A stretch of 64,000 nucleotides of DNA, taken from Patescibacteria group bacterium (lineage in GTDB: Bacteria; Patescibacteriota; Minisyncoccia; Portnoybacterales; UBA2143). The notes under the pieces were generated by a model that saw nothing but the letters and a program-made list of their open reading frames with translations, made no database searches and had not been told where the DNA came from. Shown here piece after piece: positions 45,433 to 54,418 of the stretch. The DNA is taken from positions 129,980-193,979 of the forward strand of contig JAHJSM010000001.1 in the NCBI GenBank assembly GCA_018830295.1, read 5' to 3'. Every line of letters starts with the position of its first letter. The stretch's first letter is position 1. The position numbers and the translations under genes are program-made.

Positions 45433-47757
45433 TTAATTATTGTTTTTTAACAATTTTTTTATCAATTTGTCTTTATCCCAAAAAAATAGCCCGTAAATAA
45501 ACATTTTTCTAAAATCTTTTGGTAAAAAATATACTTTGTCTTTATTAATTTTGACTTTTTTAAACTTTTTTAACGCTAAAAATGCATGTTTAAAACTAGG
45601 AATTAAACTCTTGCTAAAAAAAAATTTAAACTCTTTTTTGGAAACAGGCCGCCCTTTTGTAAAATGGCCTAACACATAATCTCTCATATCATCTATTAAT
45701 TTACAAGGAACCCCTTGATAGACGCGGTTTGAGGCGTTAAATCCATCTTTAATTGGCGAATTATTTTGGTATCTATTAACTCCGATTATTTTTGAAACGG
45801 AAAAAGAGCCGATGCCAAACATTGAACATGGACGAGGAATATTATAATAAGGAGTTATTTGTTCTGTCTTATCTTTGGGTGAAAAATTAACACCATACCA
45901 TTCGCTTAGACAAATCTTTTTAGAATCCGGATAAGTATAGTTAAATTTAATAGCTATTTGCTGTAGCAACTTTAATGTCCGGTCAATTTTTTTTTGAATT
46001 TGAAGATAAAAAGTTGCTTCATTATCTTTAAAATACTTTTTTAAATAAAAATTTGTCGGTTTCAACGGAAATAAAGAAATATTATCTGGCTTTAATTTGA
46101 TAATATTTTGAAAACTCTTCCTAACTGTTTCGTGGCTATCGCCCTTAAGGCCGATCAACAAATCCACATTAACTGTAAATCCAAAAGATTGCGCGTCTAA
46201 TATTGATTTTTTTACTAATTCATAAGTTTGATAGCTACGATTGGCATATTTTAACACTCTTGGGTCTAAAGATTGAACCCCAAAACTAACCCTGTCAAAA
46301 CCAAACTTCTTAATAATTTGCAATTTTTTGCGAGTAGTAGTAAAAGGATTACACTCATATGTTTTTTCGCCCAAATTACTAAAATTATAATCGTTAAATA
46401 AATTAACTAAAAAATTATCTAATTGCTTTTCATTTAATATAGAGGGACTGCCTCCACCAATATAAATATTATTGAATTCCACACCCGAAAAAACATCTTT
46501 GTAAAAAGCCATCTCTTTAATAATCCGCGCGAGATAACGATTAACTGATTCCTTGTCTTTGGTTACTACCGAAGGAGTCATACAGTAACTACACTTTGAT
46601 TCGCAAAATGGTATGTTAATGTAATAGCTAAGTAAATCTTTTCTTTTGCCTTTCTTAATCTCTTTAATGGCTTTTACCCACATTTTTTTAATCTCAAAAG
46701 CGTTATATGAATTAAATTTATTTAATCGAAAGAACATTGAATTGAAAAAGTATTTTGTTGCTTCTGATCTTTGATAAGATAAAAAATCAGTTAGCCTGGT
46801 TAACGCTTCTAAATGAGCGGTTGTTTTGTCTATTTTTATGGAATCTATTGGATGATGAAAGTTTCCAGTTGCTTTAATCTTTATTCCATCCAGATTTAAC
46901 CATGACTTTATCTCCGGCGTTTTAATATAGTTCAGATAACTTTTGTGCATTCCTAAGCAATATTTTTTTAATTTACATTTTTGGCACTCCGCCAAATAAA
47001 CAACTTCTTCGGCAGGCAATGTTCTCCAAGCATATGGCCATAAAGACGGCTCCAGTGCGCAAAGCGGAAAATGATATAAGCGAAAGTCATTAAATAATTT
47101 AAAATATTTTTTAGCTTCTTCCAGCGCGGGCTGTATCTGCGTATATGTAATCCCGACATTGTTTTTGTTGACTTCCGCTTTTCCTTCAAACTCCAAAAAA
47201 ATTAAAACAATCCTATCGGCTTCAGTAAAATTATTTTTAATGAATTCAAAAAAATTTGGTATTATCGCTAAATTATGGCGATTGGCGATAATTCTTATTT
47301 CAACCTTTTGATTTACTCCTTTCTCGCGCAACAGCTTTTTTAACCCCTCTATTGTTTGGTGAAAACTGCCGGGTATCTGCGTGATGCCGTCATGAATTTC
47401 GGCATTATGGCCATGCAGAGGAATGGCAAAATCAATATTCTGATAAGACAAGCATTCTTTTCTAAAACTGTCATAGAAAAACATTCTTCCGTTGGTTAAA
47501 ATCCTTATAATAACTTTTGGAAATCTTTTCCGTATGTAGTTTAGTAGTTTAAATAAATAAGGACAAATTGTTGTTTCGCCGCCAGTTAAACTTATGCTCC
47601 CAAGTGTTGTGTAGTTATTCTCTTTTAACTTTTCTTCAAAATAATTAACAACTGATTCAAAAGTAAAACAATCTTCTTGGATCATTTCTTCCGTGTTGGT
47701 GCACATTACACAGCGATTATTACACTTGTTCCAAATTGGCATTTCAATATGATTCAT
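45433..47757 (-). CDS. Fusion of two radical SAM domains: N-terminal family 1 domain plus C-terminal HemN-like (class C radical SAM methyltransferase-like) domain
   Basis: Domain 1: WNKCNNRCVMC, TGGETTICP, LHGHNAEIHD, CQKCKLKKYCLGMHKSY. Domain 2: YINIPFCESKCSYCM and IYIGGGSPS (HemN/HemW-type). Confidence 0.75.
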   Translation of the reverse strand: MNHIEMPIWNKCNNRCVMCTNTEEMIQEDCFTFESVVNYFEEKLKENNYTTLGSISLTGGETTICPYLFKLLNYIRKRFPKVIIRILTNGRMFFYDSFRKECLSYQNIDFAIPLHGHNAEIHDGITQIPGSFHQTIEGLKKLLREKGVNQKVEIRIIANRHNLAIIPNFFEFIKNNFTEADRIVLIFLEFEGKAEVNKNNVGITYTQIQPALEEAKKYFKLFNDFRLYHFPLCALEPSLWPYAWRTLPAEEVVYLAECQKCKLKKYCLGMHKSYLNYIKTPEIKSWLNLDGIKIKATGNFHHPIDSIKIDKTTAHLEALTRLTDFLSYQRSEATKYFFNSMFFRLNKFNSYNAFEIKKMWVKAIKEIKKGKRKDLLSYYINIPFCESKCSYCMTPSVVTKDKESVNRYLARIIKEMAFYKDVFSGVEFNNIYIGGGSPSILNEKQLDNFLVNLFNDYNFSNLGEKTYECNPFTTTRKKLQIIKKFGFDRVSFGVQSLDPRVLKYANRSYQTYELVKKSILDAQSFGFTVNVDLLIGLKGDSHETVRKSFQNIIKLKPDNISLFPLKPTNFYLKKYFKDNEATFYLQIQKKIDRTLKLLQQIAIKFNYTYPDSKKICLSEWYGVNFSPKDKTEQITPYYNIPRPCSMFGIGSFSVSKIIGVNRYQNNSPIKDGFNASNRVYQGVPCKLIDDMRDYVLGHFTKGRPVSKKEFKFFFSKSLIPSFKHAFLALKKFKKVKINKDKVYFLPKDFRKMFIYGLFFWDKDKLIKKLLKNNN

Positions 47758-47777
47758 GATGTCTTATATGTTAACTA

Positions 47778-48266
47778 TTAAACCCAACCATGCGCTTTGC
47801 CAAAGGCCATAATCACTAAAGCGCAAACTGGCTTATCTTTACATATTATTTCTTCCGTCGCGATATTTATTTCTTTTTTAAATTTTTCTTTTCTATATTT
47901 CATTATTTCGCTCAATGAATTTTTTATGTCTTTCTCAACTTTTTTTTTGCTATTGCCTTGAATTTCAACAACTATTCCATTCCCTGAATTACCTTCTTCT
48001 TTTATCCAACCTAAGCCAGCGCAAATGGTTTCTCCTTTATTAAGGGTTCTGGATTGAGATAAAATAACATAAACTTTCTTGCCGTAATCGTTATAAGAAT
48101 AATTCGGTTTTTTATTTATAATCTTAGAGTTGTGGGGCAGAACCGACGACAAGCAAATTAAATTTAGATTAATCATACCTGCTTTTTCCAACGCTTTGCA
48201 GTAAGCGCCTTCTTCAGTGGCTCCCTCGCCGCTTCCTTGGGTTAAAAAAATTTTTATTTTTTTCAT
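47778..48266 (-). CDS. pdaD: Pyruvoyl-dependent arginine decarboxylase (PdaD)-family protein
   Basis: TQGSGEGATEEGAYCKALEKAGMINLNLICLSSVLP aligns with M. jannaschii PdaD [36 protein letters not shown], including the Ser-Ser self-cleavage site. Length is about 160 aa. Confidence 0.7.
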   Translation of the reverse strand: MKKIKIFLTQGSGEGATEEGAYCKALEKAGMINLNLICLSSVLPHNSKIINKKPNYSYNDYGKKVYVILSQSRTLNKGETICAGLGWIKEEGNSGNGIVVEIQGNSKKKVEKDIKNSLSEIMKYRKEKFKKEINIATEEIICKDKPVCALVIMAFGKAHGWV

Positions 48267-48277
48267 TAATTTTAATT

Positions 48278-49147
48278 TTAATTAAACTTTACTAATACGG
48301 CGTGATATTTATTGTTTATTTTTAATTTTTTTAAAATTTTATTTCTCTTAAAAATTGTGATTTTATCATTGCTAACCAGACAATGAGTACCCAAGAGAAA
48401 CTCTTTTAATTGATTTTCCTTAAAAGAATCATTGCAACGAGGATATTTCCTATAAAGAATTACATCTTTATAATAGATGCTGGAATTATTTACAACGCCT
48501 TTGAAAAGTAACTGGATTCTTTTATGAAAAAAATCATTTGCGTCGCTGTCTTGCAGAGCATCAAACCAAATTAATAATGGAAAACGCAAATTTTTTTCAA
48601 TTTCAGCGGCATAATTCGGGTTTTCCTTCCTAACAGCTTCTAATATATTTTTATTGTATTTCAACGCATTTTTACAATGGTACGAACAGGGTTGATAGAA
48701 ACTTAAACTAAAGTTTAAACCATATAAAAAATTATTTAAAAGAAAATTCTTTTTCTTTTCAGTTATCCTTTTAAAAAGAATCTCTTTCTTTGTTTTTTCG
48801 TCATAATTTCCAACATCAAAATTTAAATAATTATCTATACAACACTTTGGATAGCCCAACGCTTCGGAAAAATCTCTTAATTGAGATACTGTGGCAAAAT
48901 TACTATATTCTGGATCTTCCTTAGCAAATCTTTGGGCAATTTTTTTGTCTTTGGAAATATAAATATCAAAAAAAATTTCCTTATTAAAAACAGAGTTTTT
49001 TCTCTTAACTTTATTAGAAATTGCAAACAAGCCCTGATTTTGACAAAATTGATTAATCTTCTTGAGCTCGTCTAATGTACTACAACATTCCTTCGTTAAT
49101 TGTTTTAAGCCATATTTAACAGCTATAAAATCTATTTTTTGCAACAT
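48278..49147 (-). CDS. Hypothetical Cys-containing protein (289 aa)
   Basis: ORF in operon context. Scattered Cys (KECCST, YPKCCIDNY, YQPCSYHCKN). No recognised domain. Confidence 0.4.
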   Translation of the reverse strand: MLQKIDFIAVKYGLKQLTKECCSTLDELKKINQFCQNQGLFAISNKVKRKNSVFNKEIFFDIYISKDKKIAQRFAKEDPEYSNFATVSQLRDFSEALGYPKCCIDNYLNFDVGNYDEKTKKEILFKRITEKKKNFLLNNFLYGLNFSLSFYQPCSYHCKNALKYNKNILEAVRKENPNYAAEIEKNLRFPLLIWFDALQDSDANDFFHKRIQLLFKGVVNNSSIYYKDVILYRKYPRCNDSFKENQLKEFLLGTHCLVSNDKITIFKRNKILKKLKINNKYHAVLVKFN

Positions 49148-49163
49148 TTAATTTGTAATGATA

Positions 49164-50285
49164 TTACCGCGCTATTTTCCAAATAAGATTTAATAAATGT
49201 CTAAAGTTGTCTTTATCTTGGGATAAATTAATCCTTATATATCCGCTTTTATTAAACACTTCACCGGGCATTATTGAAATACTATATTCCTTGGCTAATA
49301 TTTCAGCTAATTTAAAAGTGTTTATGCCTCTTATTCTGGGAAAACAGACGCAACCGCCTTCCAGTTCGTAATTTAAAATTATTTTTCTTTCTTTTACTAA
49401 TCTGCTATTTTTTAACGCGAACCAATTATCTTTAATATTTCTTATGTAATCTTTGGTAATTTTGTTTATATTATTTATGGCCAACCCTGTTATTGTCTCA
49501 CTAATTAATGGAACACAATGTGTTGTATGGTCTTTATAATCCCTTATTTTGCTTAATGTTTTTTTGTCGGCGATCATCCAGCCAACTCTGATTCCCACAA
49601 TTCCGGCGCATTTAATAATAGAACCGGTGGCAAATACTCTGTCATAAAAATTTTTAACTATTCCATAACCAGAGAAAAATATTTTTTTTGAAGTATTGAT
49701 TGGTAAAAATCTATAATGTTCGTCAAAAAGAATATCAACCTTATTTTTCTTTGCCGCCTCGGCAATTTCAATTATTTCTTTTTTGTTAAAAGTAAAGCCC
49801 AATGGATTGTGAGGAATGTTAAGAATTAATAAATTCGGCTTAATTTTATTTATTTTAAAAATCAATTTTTCCAATAATTCCGCTTTCCCCTTATATTGCA
49901 ACGCGTCCAAAAAATGCACTTTTGCCTTTAGCGCTTGAGGGATAAGATAGAGTAAAGGAAAAGCCGGATACAAAAGAAGAACTTTTGATTTACTATTTAA
50001 AAAAATATTAAAAAAGATATACAAAGCTTCCGAGGTTCCGCTGGTTACTATTATATCATTTGGCTTTACGCTTTCGTACGCGCGCGATATTTTCTTTCTT
50101 AAATCTAAGGAACCCCAAGTAGAGTTATTTCCTAAAAAAATATTATTGAGAAATGAATTATTTATTTTAATTTTTTGTAAAAATTTGTCCAAGGTAAAAT
50201 CAGGAACGCCGCTTTCAGAAAAATTATGCTTACAGGGTCCAGTTTTAATAAACCAATCTTCCATTTTAACTTTTTTTAAAATCAT
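49164..50285 (-). CDS. PLP-dependent class I/II aminotransferase-fold enzyme (HisC/CobD-like)
   Basis: TSGTSEALY, DEHYRF, and a putative PLP-Lys in GSIIKCAGIVGIRVGWMIA. Confidence 0.6.
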   Translation of the reverse strand: MILKKVKMEDWFIKTGPCKHNFSESGVPDFTLDKFLQKIKINNSFLNNIFLGNNSTWGSLDLRKKISRAYESVKPNDIIVTSGTSEALYIFFNIFLNSKSKVLLLYPAFPLLYLIPQALKAKVHFLDALQYKGKAELLEKLIFKINKIKPNLLILNIPHNPLGFTFNKKEIIEIAEAAKKNKVDILFDEHYRFLPINTSKKIFFSGYGIVKNFYDRVFATGSIIKCAGIVGIRVGWMIADKKTLSKIRDYKDHTTHCVPLISETITGLAINNINKITKDYIRNIKDNWFALKNSRLVKERKIILNYELEGGCVCFPRIRGINTFKLAEILAKEYSISIMPGEVFNKSGYIRINLSQDKDNFRHLLNLIWKIAR

Positions 50286-51202
50286 ATTTCTTGAGTGCGG
50301 TTAAATTTTTGAATTAATTTTAAATTTCTCTTTTCTTTATTGTTGTTGCGAAAAAGAATATTACGATTAGATGATATGCTCTCATCATCCAATCCTACAA
50401 AAATTGGATATTTTTTAAGATCAACTTTATTTTTTATCTCTGATAAAATTTGCGCGATATTTTCTAAAGTTATTAATTTGTATTTTTTTCGATTGTATAA
50501 ATTTTCAAGCAAGGTTCCATGGGTAATAAAAATTGGGAAAAGAGCAATTCTTCCTTTATATTTATGTTTTTCGTAAAAATTGATAACTCTTAAAATTGAA
50601 TTTTTTGTTTCTTTTAAGGAATCTTCTATAGATAGCATTGGAACTCCCGCTAAGATATAAGAGCATATTGAAACGCTTATCTCTGACAGTTTCTTAACAC
50701 ACTCCTCGTAATCTTTCAATGCTAAATTTTTTTTTAAAATCACATTACGAACATAATTTGAATAGGACTCTAATCCGATTCCGTATTCTAACCCTATATC
50801 TCCATTTAATATTCCCTTTATTTGCCGTAATTTATCTAAATCGCAATATTCCGTCCTCCCCTCGATTAAAACACTCTTAATGTTTTTTAACTTTTTAATT
50901 TCTTCCATTAATCTTAATACTTGTTTATAATCAATTTGTTTTTCGTCTAAAATAGAGCCTGAACTTAAAATATCAATACGCCTGATTTTGTTTTGCTCTA
51001 CGATTTTTTTAAGAGATTTAAATTGGGATACTATGTTATAGTTCTTAATATTTTTACAATGGACATCAAAACCACAAATAAAACATCTCTTCCCCTGAAT
51101 AATTTTTCGACAAGGAGGAGTTTTAAAAACTATCATTAATCTATTTTGTGTTTTTCCGTTTATAAATATCTTGTTTGTCGACCAATAAGCCGGTTTTTCC
51201 AT
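50282..51202 (-). CDS. Putative radical SAM-like protein with non-canonical CX8CX2C motif (YhcC/TIGR01212-like?)
   Basis: PPCRKIIQGKRCFICGF. The Gly-rich segment ILSSGSIL lies about 40 aa after the cluster motif. Gene is within the radical SAM operon. Confidence 0.4.
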   Translation of the reverse strand: MEKPAYWSTNKIFINGKTQNRLMIVFKTPPCRKIIQGKRCFICGFDVHCKNIKNYNIVSQFKSLKKIVEQNKIRRIDILSSGSILDEKQIDYKQVLRLMEEIKKLKNIKSVLIEGRTEYCDLDKLRQIKGILNGDIGLEYGIGLESYSNYVRNVILKKNLALKDYEECVKKLSEISVSICSYILAGVPMLSIEDSLKETKNSILRVINFYEKHKYKGRIALFPIFITHGTLLENLYNRKKYKLITLENIAQILSEIKNKVDLKKYPIFVGLDDESISSNRNILFRNNNKEKRNLKLIQKFNRTQEI

Positions 51203-51227
51203 AAATTTATAAAATAATCACAAGTAA

Positions 51228-52280
51228 TTATTTCCAATTCAATAATTTAAGCGATTTTATTTCATCATTAACATTTTTCGCGGAATAAAACTTTAGATAC
51301 TCCCTTTGAATGCCATTGCATTTATTTCTATAATAACAATTCTGGCATTCGTCTACATAATAAAACATTTTGTCGTAAGCGCCAATAAGTTCTTTTTTAT
51401 TAATAAGCCAATTTTCAGTCGGACCAGAATAATAAGTTTCATATATATTTGGATCGTACTGCGCTAAAACGCCATTAAAATGACAAATATGAAAATTATA
51501 AATAAAATACTTCTTTTTTTTTAAGTCATTTTGATTAAACGCGCAAATCGGAAAACCTTCAAAATGAATTTTTCCAGGATATTTATTAACTACTTGAATA
51601 ATTTTTTTACTAGCTCCAGTTAGTTTATATTTTAAGCTCTTATAGGGGCTGCCTATAGCGTGACCAAAAGGCATTAAATTAATTATTCTAACACCTTCTT
51701 GATAATCTTTTTTGTTATTTGAAAATTGGAACAAAAAATCCAATATTTTAATTATATTAGAATCTTTTTTTAAAATAATATCTATGCCGCTTATATTTAA
51801 ATAACTATTAACGGCTCTACTAAAGCCGCGGCGCCACTTCTCGAATATATCGCTCCCATGTCCCGACCAATTACTAAATGTTTTTTGATTATAAAAATTC
51901 ACGGAAACAGCTATGTATACTTTATGTAAATGTTTTTTAACCGACTCTAATTTTTCCCATACTGAATCGTTGGCAAAAGCTAGTCCGTTAGTGTTAAAGG
52001 TTATATAATTTACTTTAGCGTTATTAAATGAAAATTTGATTATTTCAGCAATATCCGGATGAAGAATAACCTCTTGGCCCGTAAAGATAATATTATCCAA
52101 ACCAAGGCTAACCGCCTTAGTTATTTTAATCTTTAATACATCCAACGGAACAAAAGATTTTTTTCTTACTTGAGGTAATTTGCAAATCTCGCACTGAAAA
52201 TTACAAACATCCGAGGCATGAATATACGCTGCCTTTATCGCGTGAAAATTATAAAACGGATAATTATTGTATTTAATCAT
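51228..52280 (-). CDS. Radical SAM protein (family 1)
   Basis: SDVCNFQCEIC, and C-terminal CQNCYYRNKCNGIQREYLKFY. Confidence 0.7.
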   Translation of the reverse strand: MIKYNNYPFYNFHAIKAAYIHASDVCNFQCEICKLPQVRKKSFVPLDVLKIKITKAVSLGLDNIIFTGQEVILHPDIAEIIKFSFNNAKVNYITFNTNGLAFANDSVWEKLESVKKHLHKVYIAVSVNFYNQKTFSNWSGHGSDIFEKWRRGFSRAVNSYLNISGIDIILKKDSNIIKILDFLFQFSNNKKDYQEGVRIINLMPFGHAIGSPYKSLKYKLTGASKKIIQVVNKYPGKIHFEGFPICAFNQNDLKKKKYFIYNFHICHFNGVLAQYDPNIYETYYSGPTENWLINKKELIGAYDKMFYYVDECQNCYYRNKCNGIQREYLKFYSAKNVNDEIKSLKLLNWK

Positions 52281-52291
52281 AGCTTAAGTCG

Positions 52292-53314
52292 TTAAGATAA
52301 TTTCGCGCGTATCGCTTTGATTTCTGCTTCAACTTTTTTCCGCCCAAAAATTTTTACATATTCCTCAAAAATGCCATTACACTCATTAATAAAATAACAG
52401 CCCTTGCAAGCGTTTAAATGATATCTGTATTTTTTCATTTTATCTTTTATTAATTTAATATTTTTTGAAGTTTTTAGCGTGGAATCCATTCCTGAAGAAA
52501 TATTATGCGTCATGAAAAGATCGTAGCAATTTATTTGCTTTTTGTCATTCAAAAAAATTTGGCCGGCAATATCTATTATATGCACATTATTTTTTGTTTT
52601 CTCCAAAATTTCTTTTGGGAAAATACAAAAAGGATAATCTTCAATCTCAACTGATTCAAAATTGTCCAATAAATCAATAAAATTTAATCCAAAATTACTT
52701 AATTCTTTTAGCGGAACAACTAATTTTTTAAAAATATGTTTAGCGCTTCCTATTGGCTGGATATTTAACAAATCAATATTCTTTACTCCTAATTTTATGT
52801 CGCGCGTTATTAATTGACGGAGATAAGGAAAGTTTTTTTTCCAAACAAGATGAGTAACTAAAACTGATTTTGGATTTACGGAAAGACAATTTCTTATTCC
52901 CCGTGTGGTTTTTATAAAACTGCCCTTATTTTTTGTCCAAGATTCATGTAATTTTGCGTTGTGGCCATAAAGCGTAATATTAATACTATCAAAAATAGAA
53001 AAAACTTTTTTCGCAAAAGTATTATTCGCTAATGTTATCCCATTTGAAGTTAAATATATTTTTTTATACATCTCTCTCGCCTTTTCGGATAGTATTAGAA
53101 AATCCGGATGAATTGTTGGCTCCCCGCCAATAATTTCAATTACATGATATCCAGCCCGAGCCCCTGCTTTTATATCTTTAAGTATCTCAGCCGTTGAGCG
53201 CGGTTTATATAAACGCGGCGTTCCGCAACCAAGACAGCGGCAATTACAAGGACCTTCTGTTGTGACGGTAAAAACTTTATTCCACTTTTTTTGCTTAACT
53301 ACATTGTTATTCAT
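52292..53314 (-). CDS. Radical SAM protein (family 1)
   Basis: GPCNCRCLGC, IGGEPTIHP, YGHNAKLHE...KGSF, C-terminal CKGCYFINECNGIFEEY. Confidence 0.75.
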   Translation of the reverse strand: MNNNVVKQKKWNKVFTVTTEGPCNCRCLGCGTPRLYKPRSTAEILKDIKAGARAGYHVIEIIGGEPTIHPDFLILSEKAREMYKKIYLTSNGITLANNTFAKKVFSIFDSINITLYGHNAKLHESWTKNKGSFIKTTRGIRNCLSVNPKSVLVTHLVWKKNFPYLRQLITRDIKLGVKNIDLLNIQPIGSAKHIFKKLVVPLKELSNFGLNFIDLLDNFESVEIEDYPFCIFPKEILEKTKNNVHIIDIAGQIFLNDKKQINCYDLFMTHNISSGMDSTLKTSKNIKLIKDKMKKYRYHLNACKGCYFINECNGIFEEYVKIFGRKKVEAEIKAIRAKLS

Positions 53315-53323
53315 AAGATTGGT

Positions 53324-54367
53324 TTATTTATTAAATATTTCCGAATATTTAATAAATCGTTTCAAAAGTTTTTTATAGATAAACTTATCTCCGTCAAATA
53401 CACTGCCGTACATAAAATTATTGTTAATCTTGGAAGTGGCGCCATCGCCGATACCTAACAGGCTGGCATTATGGACTCTGTTATTGTAAATTTGAACATT
53501 TATCGCGTCAAACCGATCTGCCAACCCGCTAAAAGGGAATGCCCCATAACCAGCTCTTTCAAGTATTTCCAATCCTTGATTTTTCCAAGATATTCTTTCT
53601 TTCACCGTTGGACCCTTATATGTGCCATCATGCCAAACTAAAGTCGCTGGGTTATGTTCAAAATAATACAAATGTATCTGGTTTGGCTTCATATCAACAA
53701 TTTGAACAACATCATTCAAGAAAGAAGTTTGCGATTGATCCTTTAAGCCGCAAATCAACTCTAAATTTACCAAAATTCCAAGCTTCTTGCATTTTTCAAC
53801 CAACTCTTTGATTGACTTTCTTGGAGTAAAAGATCGATTGTTTGATCCTAATACTTTTTTATCCAACGATTGCGCGCCTATAGTTAATCTATTTATGTTG
53901 TATTTTTTTAAAATTTCAAGCTTGTTTTTATTTAATGTTTTTGGACAGCCCTCAAATGAAGAATGGGCGTTTTTAAAATTAAAATATTTATGTAAATTTT
54001 TTAATAATTCATCTAAAGCATTTTCAGAGAGAATTGAAGGAGTGCCGCCTCCGAAATAAAGAGTGTCAAAACCTACCCCATTAAAAATTGAAGCAAATCT
54101 TCTAATTTCTTTAATTAAGCCGTTTGTATATTTATCCGCTTTTTCCCGCGAACTGGGGATTGAAAAACAATCGCAAAAATAACAAGCGCTTTGACAATAA
54201 GGTATATGGATATAGAGACCTATTTTATTATTATTTTTTTTTATAAATTTTATCTCCTCTTCCCATTTATCTAATATTAAATCAGCGGCCAAATCTTTCG
54301 CCTTTTTGCCAAACATAAACTCCTGATAATATTTATATTTTTTGTTGATGCAGCTAATAATTTTCAT
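53324..54367 (-). CDS. HemN-like radical SAM protein (class C radical SAM methyltransferase-like / HemW-like)
   Basis: LYIHIPYCQSACYFCDC and LYFGGGTPS. Confidence 0.75.
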   Translation of the reverse strand: MKIISCINKKYKYYQEFMFGKKAKDLAADLILDKWEEEIKFIKKNNNKIGLYIHIPYCQSACYFCDCFSIPSSREKADKYTNGLIKEIRRFASIFNGVGFDTLYFGGGTPSILSENALDELLKNLHKYFNFKNAHSSFEGCPKTLNKNKLEILKKYNINRLTIGAQSLDKKVLGSNNRSFTPRKSIKELVEKCKKLGILVNLELICGLKDQSQTSFLNDVVQIVDMKPNQIHLYYFEHNPATLVWHDGTYKGPTVKERISWKNQGLEILERAGYGAFPFSGLADRFDAINVQIYNNRVHNASLLGIGDGATSKINNNFMYGSVFDGDKFIYKKLLKRFIKYSEIFNK

Positions 54368-54418
54368 TTACGCCTAAGGCCTTTTGTAAAATGTTTTTAA
54401 GCAAAATTAAGTATCTTA

